From NCBI GenBank assembly GCA_964016885.1, contig OZ024742.1, forward strand, positions 78,926,001 through 78,990,000: a DNA stretch of 64,000 bases, read 5' to 3'. A model generated the notes under the pieces. The model made no database searches. It was not told the DNA's origin and worked only from the letters and a program-made list of their open reading frames with translations. The position numbers and the translations under genes are program-made. Positions 1 to 12,081 of the stretch are shown piece by piece. Position 1 is the first letter of the stretch; each line of letters starts with the position of its first letter. This DNA comes from Eledone cirrhosa. Its lineage: Eukaryota.

Positions 1-280
1 AGGTGTGTCAAGTCTCATCATGGCCTGACAAGGTTACACTCTCATCATGGCCTGAAAAGTCTGTACTCTCATTATCGCCTGACAAGTTTACACTCTCATT
101 ATGGCCTGACAAGTCTGCACTGTCATCATGGCCTGACAAGTCAAGCACTCTCATTATAGCCCGACAAGTCTGCACTGTCATTATGACCTAAGAATTCTGC
201 ACCCACATTGGCCTGACAAACCCTGCGAATCTGTACTCTCATTATTACCTGACAACCCTGCACACTCATTATGACTTGAA
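1..280. repeat. ~27-bp tandem minisatellite (unit approx. GCCTGACAAGTCTGCACTCTCATCATG), about 9-10 degenerate copies, runs off the window start
   Basis: GCCTGACAAG/ACTCTCAT recur at ~27-bp spacing; explains the periodic ORF 3..191 (SWPDKS repeats). Confidence 0.9.
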
Positions 281-347
281 AAGTACACCATAATTTCGAG
301 ATAATTCTACATCATCATTATAAGTTAATCCCTCAAAAAATTTGACA

Positions 348-495
348 TACTGCTGTAAATACATGAATATAACATGAGGAATATGTGACCAAAATAGGGG
401 GAGGGGGGCAATTCAGCTTATAAACAGGGTTTAAACTTTTGTCCATTTCTCAGACATAAAATAGTGTGTCGGCTTATATTCCAGAGTATATGGTG
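348..495 (-). mobile_element. Decayed Tc2-type (Tc1/mariner) MITE, same family as 54522-54743 and 18340-18574
   Basis: Ends GGCTTATATTCCAGAGTATATGG; internal GAGGAATATG and TTTCTCAGACATAAAATAG shared with the other copies. Confidence 0.55.
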
Positions 496-3400
496 TGTCT
501 TAGTTCAAGATGAATTAGTCACTCCTTCAATCAAATAAAAGAAAGAAAATAGCCTCCTCCCATCAAAAACAAAAAGAATGTTGATTTTGAGATACGCTAT
601 GAAAGATGTGACTAAGATTCAACAGTCACCTTCTTCAAGGTCAATTATACCATTTGTGGGTAGAAGTGCTAATTGAATATATGGCACTAAAAGTGTAGGC
701 ATAGTTACCAGAAAGCAGTAGTTAAAGAAAAGAATACTGGATAAATTATATGATTTGGAGTAGGGGCTCAAAACAAAATGTAAAGGTTTCGAAGAATGAA
801 ATAACTTTTCTTCTTGGTGTCTATATGAATTAATAAAATGGTTAGACATTATTTCAGTAATAGATATTTTAGATGAAAACAAGATAAAACAATGAAAATA
901 ATGGAGCTTATTATGTGTATATATGTAGGAATGTTTATTAGATAAGGGTGTGTGAGTGTGTATTACATTTAGGGGAGAATATACATCACGCGCATATATA
1001 GGAGCATATAAATCTTTATTAGATATGTATGTGTCTGTATTAGGTATGCGAGCATGCGTGTATATTAGGTGTGTGTAAGAAAGATAGAGAGAGTGATTGT
1101 ATGCCCATTTGAATACATAAGACTACAGAGATGTATAAATCAACATTTCATCCTATATAAGAGTTGAAGTGTCTAAATTACTGTGTCTTTATTTACTACA
1201 TGTAGTTTGTATGAAGAAATATATGCAACCAAAATATCTATGTTATCATAATTGACATGAGAAAATAAATGTGTTTGTGTGAGTGTGTGAATACAGAGAG
1301 AGAGAGATCGGGATTATACCAGTTTAAACTAATAAGACTATAATTCAGTAGAGTACTTGGGATAGTAGAGTTTAAATATAGTAGAGAGTTAGGGCCCAAC
1401 AGCTGAGCTCTTGCCGTGGGCCCTGACTCACTTTGCTTTTCTAGTCAAAAGACAGTCCAATGTCTTTTCTGTCTCTATGTCGCTGTATTGTCTTTTAGTC
1501 ATCATTCCAAGGGGCTTGTTCAAGCCAACATACATTGTGGACTAATTATTATATAATCCCAGCCTTAAACATGAAATATATATATATATATATATATTGT
1601 TATATTTGAGGATGGTCATCTTGCCACTAGAGCCAATAAAAAGAAACACATGCACCATGATTTTTACTTTGCCTTTATAACTTGTTGTACATTCATTCTT
1701 CAAAGGTCTTTCATCACACATTCTGTGACCTCCTCAATGACTATCTGTTCTCTTTTTTGCCTCCTCTTCTTTCTGGTCTTAAACTTCTACTCTATCTTCT
1801 CTTTTGTTCCCTGAATCCCTGAATAAAAGACTCATCACTTAGCCATAATAAAGAATATTATTAAGTTCTACTTCAATATTGAGTACTCCTTCTAACATGT
1901 CAACATCACATGAATTTATATATATAATATATAATGTTAAACAATGAAAGAATAAGACAATGTGAAGCAATTAATCAATATATGTATATAAGTCTGTAGA
2001 TATCAGAATCAAAATGGATGCCAACATTGTGTATCTGTAAATTTCTATATTTACGTAAGTTTAATATGTATATAAAGTTGCTTAATTGTGAGGCTTTGTG
2101 AATATCTATGTGTGCATTTATGTATGCTCACATAGGTGAATTTATGTATGTGGGCATTGGTGTGTATATGTAAAAGTGTCTATTTATGAGTGAATGAACA
2201 AGCATATTACCTAGGCAGGTATAAGAGTGTATCTATCCGTCAGTGTTGGTGTACATAAGAAGTAGCTATCTTTCAAAAATGTCACATAGGAAGCATGACT
2301 TTATCGGAATTTTCATCATTTTCTTCCAGAGATTTTTCTTTCTACTGATATTAAATTTTTATAGCAGCATGAAATATGTATAGGTAATAGCTAATATTAT
2401 TGTTGCATCAATATTTTAAACATGCATCACTCATTTTTGAAGATTAATACAGATTTAAGACTCTGGAGAAATATATATTTACCAAGACCGCGTTTAAAAT
2501 ATGCTGAATACAGAATATTTTCAAATGTGAAACAGATATTTGTGGTGTCAGATTTTATGTGATATAACATTTCAGCTAACCTTTCGTGCTGCACTTCATG
2601 CATGAGGCTGACAATATCATCTATTACAAATTACCTGCTTACCTGTCACTTATCAAATGAGAGATCTAATGTCACAACGTGCATTTCGAAATCAGTAAAA
2701 CTTCACTAGCTAACATATACACTGAAACACAGTATCTTCAGTCTTTTCTAATGATTCTTCAATGATTATTTCTCTGCTGAAAGAGAAATTTGACCACCCT
2801 CACTCTCCATCACATCAAGCTGATTCAGCTATATTTCTTTCTTTTATTACATCTACTGCATCTCAATCCCAAAATCTGCACTAAATGTTTCATTCAAACT
2901 TGTATTCCTCCGGAACTTTAAACCTCTAGAAACGTGCACCCAGTTCATATTATCTCTGTCAATATCAACCCCCAGAGATTTATACTGAATATCATCTAGA
3001 TCAAACTCATTAGCAAAAAAGGTATGTAATTTCTAAACATGCTACCTCTATTTCTTATACTAAGGTTTTAAAAACAAATGTCACCTACATTATTTTCCTT
3101 GGCTTATTTCTTTGTTTCAAAAGAACTTTTTGCATTGACTTCTGAGGTATTTCTTATCTTATATTTTGTTACTAGTGGACCTGTGCCATCAATAATGATG
3201 ACAATAGTATTAAATGTTTTCAACATTTAAAGTTAGGATTGGTATGTTATGTATAACTAGAGAGAGAGAGAGTGTGTGTGTGTGTGTGTGTGTGCATGCG
3301 TCTGTGTGTTTCACAAAGGTTTAAATATAAAAGTCTCTGAAAGTGGCTAAAAGGTGTCAACAGAAGGACACTCAGGAGCCATAACATGGATGTGGCCTGG

Positions 3401-3941
3401 CTTCATTTGAGAGTAAGAAGTTAAGGGCCAAAACTTTGCATGGGTGGGTGCTTCTTCTCTGAAGACCTACTCTCCATTTCTCCTAAGTGTTTCTTATTAC
3501 TACTATATATACACTTAATACTATATTCATCAAAGATAAATTATTGTATTGACGTGTTAACTGAATCCCTTTTTTATCATTTCATCAACGACCAAAATTT
3601 AATCTGAACATATAGCACATGACTCAGATAAGAAATGCATTGTGTGTATGTGTAACGTGTATATTTGAAAGTTACAGATGGGTGGTTATATATATATATA
3701 TATATATATATACCCATGCTAGCATGAAGAAAATGGATGTTAAATGGTGGTGATGATGATATATATATTAATGTAAAGTATGATGTACTCATGTATAGAG
3801 ATGCTATGAATAGCCAAAATAGGATTCAGACCCATAAAAGATGGTTGCTATGAGGAATTGAAACTCATGTCTCCCAGATATCATATATATATAAATATCA
3901 ATAATATTAATAAATTGAAACTATCTTTATAAAACCATATT

Positions 3942-4002
3942 TATTTTATTATATATATTTCAAGGGTACCAAAATTTTGGTACGCTCTCATCAGATAAAA
4001 TA
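3942..4002 (-). ncRNA. Minimal type I hammerhead ribozyme (inverted copy)
   Basis: Minus strand reads TATTTTAT-CTGATGA-GAGCGTACCAAAATTTTGGTACCCTT-GAAA-TATATA-TA-ATAAAATA. Confidence 0.75.
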
Positions 4003-4130
4003 CAAAAGTTGTTTTATAAATAGTGACATATCCAAAAACAAGAACATATCGTTTTAAGTTCTATTCAAACAGAACTTAAAACGATAAGTTCTTGTTTTGG
4101 GATATGTCACTATTTATAAAACAACTTGTG

Positions 4131-4192
4131 TATTTTATCTGATGAAGGCGTACCAAAACTTTTGGTACACTTGAAATATATATAATAAAATA
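4131..4192 (+). ncRNA. Minimal type I hammerhead ribozyme
   Basis: Stem I TATTTTAT (4131-4138)/ATAAAATA (4185-4192); core CTGATGA (4139-4145); stem II AGGCGTACCAAAACTTTTGGTACACTT; GAAA (4173-4176); palindromic stem III ATATATAT; UA cleavage site at 4183-4184. Confidence 0.8.
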
Positions 4193-4325
4193 AATATGGT
4201 TTTATAAAGATAGTTTCTATTTATTAATATTATTGATATTATACTCCAGAAGAATTCTGCAGAGTGCTTTAATTCTGTTATAAATAAATTTGTTGAATAA
4301 CCAACAAATTAAATAACTCTTTCCT

Positions 4326-4360
<35 letters not shown>

Positions 4361-4464
4361 CGTATCTATGAATATAAATAACATTTATTATTACTTTATA
4401 TATATATAAAACTTGTGGTTAATAAAGAAAGCATTATTACGATATATATATATATATAAATGGT

Positions 4465-7103
4465 ATCATCATCATCATCATTTTACATCCGCTCTTCCCT
4501 GCTTGCAAGGGTGGGACGGGTCTTATTCAGCACAACATCTCTCCATTTGTCACGGTCCTTCGTCATCTCCACCGTGAGCTTCAGCAATCTGAGGTCTGTT
4601 CTCACCACCTCCACCCATGTTTTTCGTGGTCTACCTCTACTACGTCTTCCTTCAACTGGCATTTCCTGGCACTTCTTTACCCATCGGTCATCCTCCATGC
4701 GCATCACATGTCCATACCACCTCATTCTCCTCTCCCGTACACTATATTCTATCCCTCTCAGACACAGTTTCTCTCTCAACACATTCATGCTGGGTCGTTC
4801 ACGCACATTGACACTGCACATCCAACGGAGCATGCTTGCCTCATTTCTCTCCAGCCGTCGCATATCCTCTGCAGTTGCTGCCCATGTCTCACTACCATGC
4901 AACATCGCGCTCCTCACACAGGCATCATATAACCGGCCTTTCGTACGCAGGGAGAAACCCTTCTTCGTCAACAGAGGAAGCAGCTCCCTAAACTTCTTCC
5001 AACCCGTCCTTATTCTAGATACTATGGCCTCGGAACACCCCCTCCCATGCTAATCTAATCTCCTAGGTACCGGAAGCTATCCACCACTTCTATAGCACCC
5101 GCCTGCATTTGAAAAATGTGTCTATCAATGCGACTTCTACTGTCTAATTTCCCTGTACATCTACTGCATACATATTTCTCCCTACCTGTTACTTTGCCTG
5201 CTATCCCGCTTCATCTTCTGTGTACCCAGGATCTGCATTGTGTGCATTTTATAGAATTTATGCCAGTTCCTTTTCTGCATATCGAACATGACCATTTCCC
5301 TGACGGAATCAGAGTTTTGTCCTTTTTTCTACTCATCAACACTTTTGTCTTAGCTAGGTTCACTCTCAGTCCTCTTGCTTCCAACTGCTATTTCCATAGC
5401 CAGAATTTATTCTCTAGCTCCTCTACTGATTCTGTTATAAGAACCAGATCGTCAGCATAGAGAAGTTCCCATGGACAGCCAGTCTTAAACTCCTCTGTTA
5501 TGGCTTGGAGGACTATAATGAACAAGAGCGGGCTAAGGACCGAACCTTGATGTACTCCTACTTGTATCTGGAATTCCTCACTAAACTCCATTCCTACCCT
5601 GACTTTACTGACAGTCAGTACCTCTGTACAAAGTTTGCACTGTCCTCACAAGCCATTCCTCAACACCTAGTTTCCTTAAGGACCACCAGATGACAGATCG
5701 GGGTACCCTATCAAAGGCCTTCTCTAGGTCAACAAAGGCTAAGTATAGTGGCTTATTTTTCGCTAAGAACCTCTCTTGCAATTGTCTCACCAAGAAGAGA
5801 GCATCTGTTGTACGCTTGCCAGGCACAAAACCAAACTGTATCTCATCTAGTTTGACCCTTTCTCTAATTAGTTGTGCTAATATCCTTTCTGCTACTTTCA
5901 TAACCTGATCCATCAGTTTGATACCCCTATAATTGCTCCTCTCCAGAGCATCCCCTTTACCTTTGTAGCAATTTATGAGAATATTGCTGCACCAGTCTTT
6001 GGGTATGACACCACCATATATAGCCTGATTGATGATGCGTGCAACCAGCTTAGTGCCTACGTCCCCTGATGCCTTCAGCATCTCAGCATCTATTCCCGAT
6101 GGTCCAGTAGCCATTTTTCATTTCCTTAATCGCCTCTTGGACCCTATATTCATCAATCTCAATAGCTGGTCCCTCTGTCGGATCAACTCAGGGTAATTTC
6201 TCTCTCTCCCATTCATTCTCCACATTCATCAGTCTCTCATAATGACATTTCCAGGCCTCCTTTTTCTGATCATTCATGACACTAAGTACACCGGCATCGT
6301 TCCAGGCACATTTATCTCCAACAACATCCTGATTTGCATTGACACACTGCCTTGCAATGTGGAACACCGCACGCCTCTGATCTTCACGTCGCAGAACATT
6401 GGCAAACCTCCTACTATCAGCCTCCCTGCGTGCTAAGTATACCTGACGTCTAGCTTCTCTCTTAGCGGCTGTATATTCTTCCCTACTGCCACCCTTTTTC
6501 CAAGCCTTCCATGCTAGTCTTCTGTCTCTAATGGCCTTATCTACTGTGCTGTTCCACCACCAGGTCACTCTCTGTCTGGTTGGAGCTCTGCTCTAGCCAC
6601 AAGTTTCATCAGTAGCCTGCAGTAAGTTGTCACGTAAGAAATTCCAGTTATTATCTATGTCATACGTCTCTAAATCGTCTTCTTTTTTGTCATACACATC
6701 TTGAAGGGCTTTCCTAAATTTGTATTTTAGTGAAAGGTCTTTTAGCTTCCAGACCTTTCTTCTCCACACCTTCCTGTATGTCTCATTCCATCTTTTGCTT
6801 ACTGAGATATCACTAACGACTAACCTATGCTGTGGGGTACATTCTTCCCCAGGGTATGCCTTGGTATTAGACACTATCTGCCTGTCCCGCTGCCTAACTA
6901 GTAAGAAGTCAATCTGGCTTATGTGCTCGCCAGTTTGTAGGTTATTAGGTGGTTGGCAGGTTTCTGGAAGTTTGTGCTGCAAATAGTCAGTGTACTCGCA
7001 TCACAAAATTCAAGAAGTCTCACTCCTTCTTCATTTCTTGAGCCATAACTGTGCCCACTATGTACCCCAGTGTAACCATCCTGGAGCTGTCCAACATGAC
7101 CAT
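4465..7103 (-). mobile_element. RTE-clade LINE, lineage A copy 1, 5'-truncated; partial APE, RT, PHD finger; multiple frameshifts and stops
   Basis: ORF pieces GHVG..G.RNEEG..LLEFC and QIDFLL (APE), [46 protein letters not shown] (RT), GRPRKTW; (GAT)n tail. Confidence 0.95.
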
Positions 7104-7141
7104 ATCTATAAATATAAATCACATTTATTATTACTAATGCT

Positions 7142-7321
7142 AAGGGCGGTGAATTGGCAGTATCAGTAGCGGGTCGGACGCCATGCTTTCCAGCATGTCC
7201 AGCATAGTCTGAGTTCAAATCCCGTCGAGGTTAACTTTGCCTTTCATCCTTACGGGGGCGATAAAATAAAGTACCAGTAATGTACTTGGTAATTGCTGGC
7301 CTTGTGCCAAAAATAGAAACA
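7142..7321 (+). mobile_element. tRNA-derived SINE family 1, with 15-bp TSD
   Basis: A-box-like TGGCAGTATCAGTAG, B-box GAGTTCAAATCC, core GCCTTTCATCCTTACGGGG-CGATAAAATAAAGTACCAG; TSD ATTATTACTAATGCT at 7127-7141 and 7322-7336. Confidence 0.9.
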
Positions 7322-7336
7322 ATTATTACTAATGCT

Positions 7337-7845
7337 GTGCGCTGGAGAGGAGGTTGCGTTGGTATGGACATGTGATGCCTATGAAGGATGACAGCTGCAT
7401 AAAAAGGTGCAGAGCGCTATAAGTCGATGGAAACCGCGGAGTGGGGAGACCCAAGAAAACCTGGGATGAGGTGATAAAAGCCGACCTTACCTAATTGCAC
7501 CTCTTAAAGGCGATGACACAGGACCGTGACCTCTGGCGTCACGCAGTACTACAGAAGGCCCGACTCCCCATGGGTACAAGCTGAAGCTGAAGCATATAGA
7601 CAATATGCCCCCACCCAGCCCACACTGTAAAGTGGACGTGTAGGCGCCACGGAAAAAAGCACCCAGCACTCACTGTAAATGAGGTTGGTGTTAGGAAGGG
7701 CATCCAGCTGTAGAAATCAAGCCAGAATGAGTTCCAGTATGAGTAAAACAGGGTCAGCCAACTGGACACTGCCCACAACAGGACAACCCATCTAACCCAT
7801 GCTAGTGTGGAAGAACGGACGTAAAATGGTAATGATGATGATGAT
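7337..7845 (+). mobile_element. RTE LINE 3' fragment, lineage C (ORF end plus long 3' UTR)
   Basis: Translates ERRLRWYGHVM...GRPKKTWDEVIK..DRDLWR; ends CCATGCTAGTGTGG...GGACGTAAAA(TGA)n. Confidence 0.85.
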
Positions 7846-7848
7846 ATA

Positions 7849-8028
7849 TAATTGTTTCTACTTTCGGCACAAGGCCAGCAATTACCCAGTACATTGCTGG
7901 TACTTTATTTTATCGACCTTGTAAGGATGAAAGGCAAAGTTAACCTCGGCGGGATTTGAACTCATCATAAAGGGACATAACTATGCTGGAAACCATGTCC
8001 AACCCTCTACCAATTCTTCCAATCCACC
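7849..8028 (-). mobile_element. SINE family 1
   Basis: Reverse complement of the 7142-7321 consensus. Confidence 0.85.
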
Positions 8029-8351
8029 TGATATATAATATTTACAAATATGGTGTGGTAAGAAACCAGGTGGACCATAACTAACCAGAGTACTCAATAC
8101 TTAATATAGTAGAGTGGGTAATAGGAAAAGAGTCAGGACCCCGACATCCTGACTATTTTCCTATATAATTAATTCATTATATATGTATATAAGCATGCAT
8201 GGCATATTGTTTCTTGCTGAATGCAGCCCTCCCTTGGGTAATCCTATGGTTTACTGCAATGAAGTGGTTATTTCTGCTGGATAACTCGTAATCTAAATGA
8301 AGAAACTCATTGATTTGTTTGGTTTCTTTTCCTCCTGATTATTATCAGCTA

Positions 8352-8557
8352 AGTGGGACGACTGAAAAGTTCATCGGCTGACTATGAAAGATTGATGATG
8401 GTAGGGTTATGAAATCTTACATTCATTAATTTAATTTAAAATATTTTTATTAATAACGGCATTGTTTCTTTCCAGGGACTATGTTGAAAAATAAACCTCA
8501 TTTGGTCATTGCATGAGAGTATCTTGATCAGCCTATGAACTTTTCAGCCAACCCTCA
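8352..8557. mobile_element. Mariner-type MITE; related copies at 18881-18981 and ~20491-20577
   Basis: TIR-like ends CTGAAAAGTTCATCGGCTGA / TCAGCCTATGAACTTTTCAGCCAACCCTC, TA-flanked. Confidence 0.7.
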
Positions 8558-9249
8558 TATGTCTAACCAACTTACTTAAGATTTATTACCCTAAAGCATT
8601 TTTGGTACTTTGGAAGATCCATTAAAGGCCTATCAAAGGTGTATCTAATTACTATGTGCACCTAAATGAAGATAGGGGAAAAACATTGCAGATCTGTTTA
8701 ACCTCAATAACTGGACCACAATAAACCTTACCAGTAAAGGCAAGAATAAAAGGAGAGCACTTTCATGTGTGGGTGTGCAGTTTGCCAATTTGCAGAGAAG
8801 CAAACCTGATTATATAAAGCTTTAGTCACAAAGAAAGATGAATACATACACTACATTCTTAATTAAATGTCAAAATGCTTGAGATGAGTTATTGTTAATA
8901 AGATCATAATTTTCCAGATCATTAATCTCATCTTTCGAAATGAAAAATATTTTGAACAATATTTACAACCTAGACTATGATTTTATCAGTTTCATTTCTG
9001 ATAATCATCCAACCTCTTGTATTTCATCTTGTGTTTGAATATTTATAACTACATTATATTTCAATTAGTTTCATTTCCAAATGTTATAAGGTCCTTTATT
9101 TTTAGTTTCCAAGCAGAATTTAAAGCCTTTATTACGAAACCAAAGCTAATAATTTTCTCACCCACAAGGCCACTGTTTCAAAATAGTTTAGAAATGAAGG
9201 TTCCAAGTTTGAATCCAATCTAGTATTATGTTCACATACATATCAATCT

Positions 9250-9470
9250 TTGGGGTGAAGAAATGCCAGGAAATCCCAGTGGTAAGAAGCCACATTAGAG
9301 GTAGACCAAGAAAAATCTGGACAGAGGTGGTGAGAGCTAACCCCAAATTACTATGACTCACAGAGGCAATGAGGAAGGAATGCAGTAAGTGAAGAGATGT
9401 TGTGCTGAAAAGGACCCATCCAACCCATGCAAGCATGGACAAACAGATCTAAAACCGATGATGATGCTGA
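9250..9470 (+). mobile_element. Old RTE LINE 3' fragment
   Basis: VKKCQEIP...RGRPRKIW-like coding remnant, CCATGCAAGCATGG hairpin and GAT tail. Confidence 0.8.
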
Positions 9471-10822
9471 TCACAACAGGTAATCAAATCTGGCAAAATG
9501 TAGCATAGCAGTAATTATTGAAATATTTTTATATCTCTAAAGTTGAGTTTAATAGTTTGAAAAATTATTTTCTTCTCTTCTTCATTGTGAAAATATAGTT
9601 GGAGTAAAGCTGCTGTCAACTATTTTAATGTTAGATAAGTGAAATTACTTAATGATGTACACAAAAAATTCCTAATGAATCGAAATTTGTTTCCTAGCTG
9701 AAGAAAACCTAACGGCAATTATTATCAATTCTCAAAGGGGAGATAATTTTAAGAAATTGATAATCAATTTTACGGAAAATTCAATTTTGAAAGTTAGGAG
9801 AATTTTATTTGTGAATTGCAGCACAACCTCCTAGCTATTTCTGTAGCTGCTGTTTTTGTTAGCTATTTACTGAAAGAGTGTCACTAGTTTGAGTTTTAAT
9901 GACATAACAAAAGTTTACAAGACATTATGATTGCCTCACAGTAAGGATATTTTGTCTAATTCACCTACTTGAAATACTTTCATTACATTTTGAAAAGCAA
10001 TTTGATTTCCAATGTCATACTATGTTGTAATCATTTCATTTATTCATGCCAATAAATGACTTCATTTTATTTGCAAGTAAAATTTATAGAAGTATGGTTC
10101 TGGGTTTGACACTACTGCATGGCACCTTAAGTAAGTAATATCTATCTTAGTCTTGGATTCACCACTTAATACACACATTCCTTTATGATCACTGGATCAC
10201 TGCAACTACCCTCCCTTCTGCTCATCTGGACCTTCAACAGTTTAACCAGAACATCAATAACATTGATATTTCTAGTCTCAGAGAAGCTATAAAGGATATA
10301 GGTATTGCTTCTTCCTCTAGACCTATAATTATGTTCTTTTATTCTATGTATCAAGTTATTACTTTAGGTAGTTGTTAGATGTGTATCGTTATGTGTGTGT
10401 GTACATGAGTGTGAGCATGTCTGTGTAGACATGTATATGTATGTGTATTGACATGTACGTACATGGACATGTATATGTTGACATGTGTGGAGGGGGGGGG
10501 GCATGCAGGTGTGCGTGTGTGTACATCAGTGTGAGTATATATATGTGTGTAGTCATGTATGTGTGTGAGTGTGTGTTATGGAAAGTTTGTGATTCAGGCT
10601 CAATTTCTAAAATATAAATATTTCACTGAACTCCACTAATGCTATTGGAAAGGTTATGCATGTCATAGTATTAAATACCCCCGCCAACTTCAGTAAATAG
10701 CTGTCTAATCACTAATCATCTATTAATGAAATACTCTTGTTCACAAAATGTCAAAATATTGAAGATTCATTACACTAGTATGTCAGATAAAATACGAATG
10801 TATATTCTGTGGTTTGTTTGAA

Positions 10823-10994
10823 ATAATTGTTTCTACCTTTGGCACAAGGCCAGCAATTACCCAGTACATTACTGGTACTTTATTTTATCGACCCCGTAAG
10901 GATGAAAGGCAAAGTCAACCTCGGCGGGATTTGAATTCAGATCATAAAGGGACGTAACTATGCTGGAAAGCATGGCGTCCAACCCTCTACCGAT
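10823..10994 (-). mobile_element. SINE family 1
   Basis: Matches the family consensus. Confidence 0.85.
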
Positions 10995-11342
10995 CTAACA
11001 AATATATATTAAAATAATTGTACAGTCTTTTCATCAGTCTCTCACATGGCAGGCTATGATTTGTCAAAATCTTTCTCAAATTATTATTTAGAATTCATGG
11101 AACACAAATGTAAGACAGAACAAGGGCTGTAAATGGTCTAAAATGTTTTCCTTCATAGGATCTCTCTCTCTCTATATATATATATACACACACACACACA
11201 CATACATATACATTCGGTATACAAGGATGCAATTCATTTCTAGTACTCAACGTCATATTACTTCCTAAATACAAGAATGACGGATTATATTAATAAAGAG
11301 GAAAATGCAAAGTTGAAGATGTTATGGTCCTTTATTAATTGA

Positions 11343-11393
11343 GCCATTATACATATTTCAATGGCAATAGATATCGTCATTTCTTCAGACAGC
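11343..11393 (-). ncRNA. Minimal type I hammerhead ribozyme, second sequence family
   Basis: Minus strand GCTGT-CTGAAGA-AATGACGATATCTATTGCCATT-GAAA-TATGTA-TA-ATGGC; stem I 5 bp with two G-U pairs, stem II ~8-9 bp with one mismatch. Confidence 0.65.
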
Positions 11394-11541
11394 AAAAATT
11401 GATTAAAAGGTAACATTTCCGAAGGGAGCAGACACTCAAAGCAAAAATATACACATTTTTTAGTCCGCTCCCTTCCACCCAAAATTGCTTCGGAAATGTT
11501 ACCTTTTAATAAATTTTTGTTGTCTGAAGAAATCATGATAT
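11371..11541. repeat. Inverted repeat (arms ~54 bp: 11371-11424 and 11488-11541), Penelope-like pLTR remnant
   Basis: TTCTTCAGACAGCAAAAATTGATTAAAAGGTAACATTTCCGAAG versus CTTCGGAAATGTTACCTTTTAATAAATTTTTGTTGTCTGAAGAA. Confidence 0.85.
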
Positions 11542-11802
11542 GTATGTATGTATGTGTGTGTGTGTGTGTGTGTGTAACGATGATGATGATGATATATAGT
11601 CATGAATTAGAAGGCAGTATGTTAATTAGGGAGAGAAAAAACAAGATCCTAAGCCCACTAGTTGGTATATTACATAAGAAATTACATCAATAATGTTTAT
11701 ATATATGAGAACTGTCTGAAGAGATTGTATATGAGGATTACATAACCGATACCATTGAAATACACATAGCTGCTTACAAAAGTATTTATCAATCAATATA
11801 TG

Positions 11803-11975
11803 TTGGCAGTATCGGTAGAAGGTTGGACGCTATGCTTTGACGCATAGAGTTACAGCCCTTGCCATTCTCAGTTTGAATCTCACCAAGGTTAACTTTGCCT
11901 TTCATCCTTACGGGGTCGATAAAATAAAGTAATGCACTGGGTAATTGCTGGCCTTGTGCCAAAAAGTAGAAACAA
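11803..11975 (+). mobile_element. SINE family 1
   Basis: TTGGCAGTATCGGTAG head, family core and GGCCTTGTGCC..AGAAAC end. Confidence 0.85.
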
Positions 11976-12081
11976 ATATATGCTACTCAATAACTGATAA
12001 TGGATTGTTTAACCGAACAGCCAAACTATTAAGTCATGCATCTTCATACTCACACACACATATATATATATATATAAATAT

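Larger units (their letters stand above)
3894..4240. repeat. Long inverted repeat (arms ~169 bp, 8-nt loop ATTCAAAC at 4063-4070); Penelope-like pLTR/inverted pLTR remnant
   Basis: 3894-4062 is the near-perfect reverse complement of 4071-4240; each arm carries a hammerhead core. Confidence 0.9.

Noticed and set aside
1-280. CRISPR-like array or repeat protein
   Set aside because: Contiguous 27-bp units with no unique spacers, no cas genes, eukaryotic context
1700-1745. Minus-strand TTGAGGA-GGTCAC..GTGAT-GAAA hammerhead-like motif; also CTGAGAA..AAAACCGGT near 16705-16735
   Set aside because: Core nucleotides are mutated and helices cannot be completed; at most very decayed remnants
2855-3035. 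~60-codon minus-strand open frame (FANEFDLDDIQYKSLGVDID...) as a host exon
   Set aside because: Weak acceptor, no recognisable domain, and length expected by chance
4460-5053. 197-aa plus-strand ORF and similar ORFs at 37471-38244 and 45103-45603
   Set aside because: Antisense shadows of the LINE ORF with no independent motifs
10180-10330. Possible RTE 3' remnant (RSRGRSNTYI) and a similar one at ~12900-13100
   Set aside because: Too degraded to assign by eye
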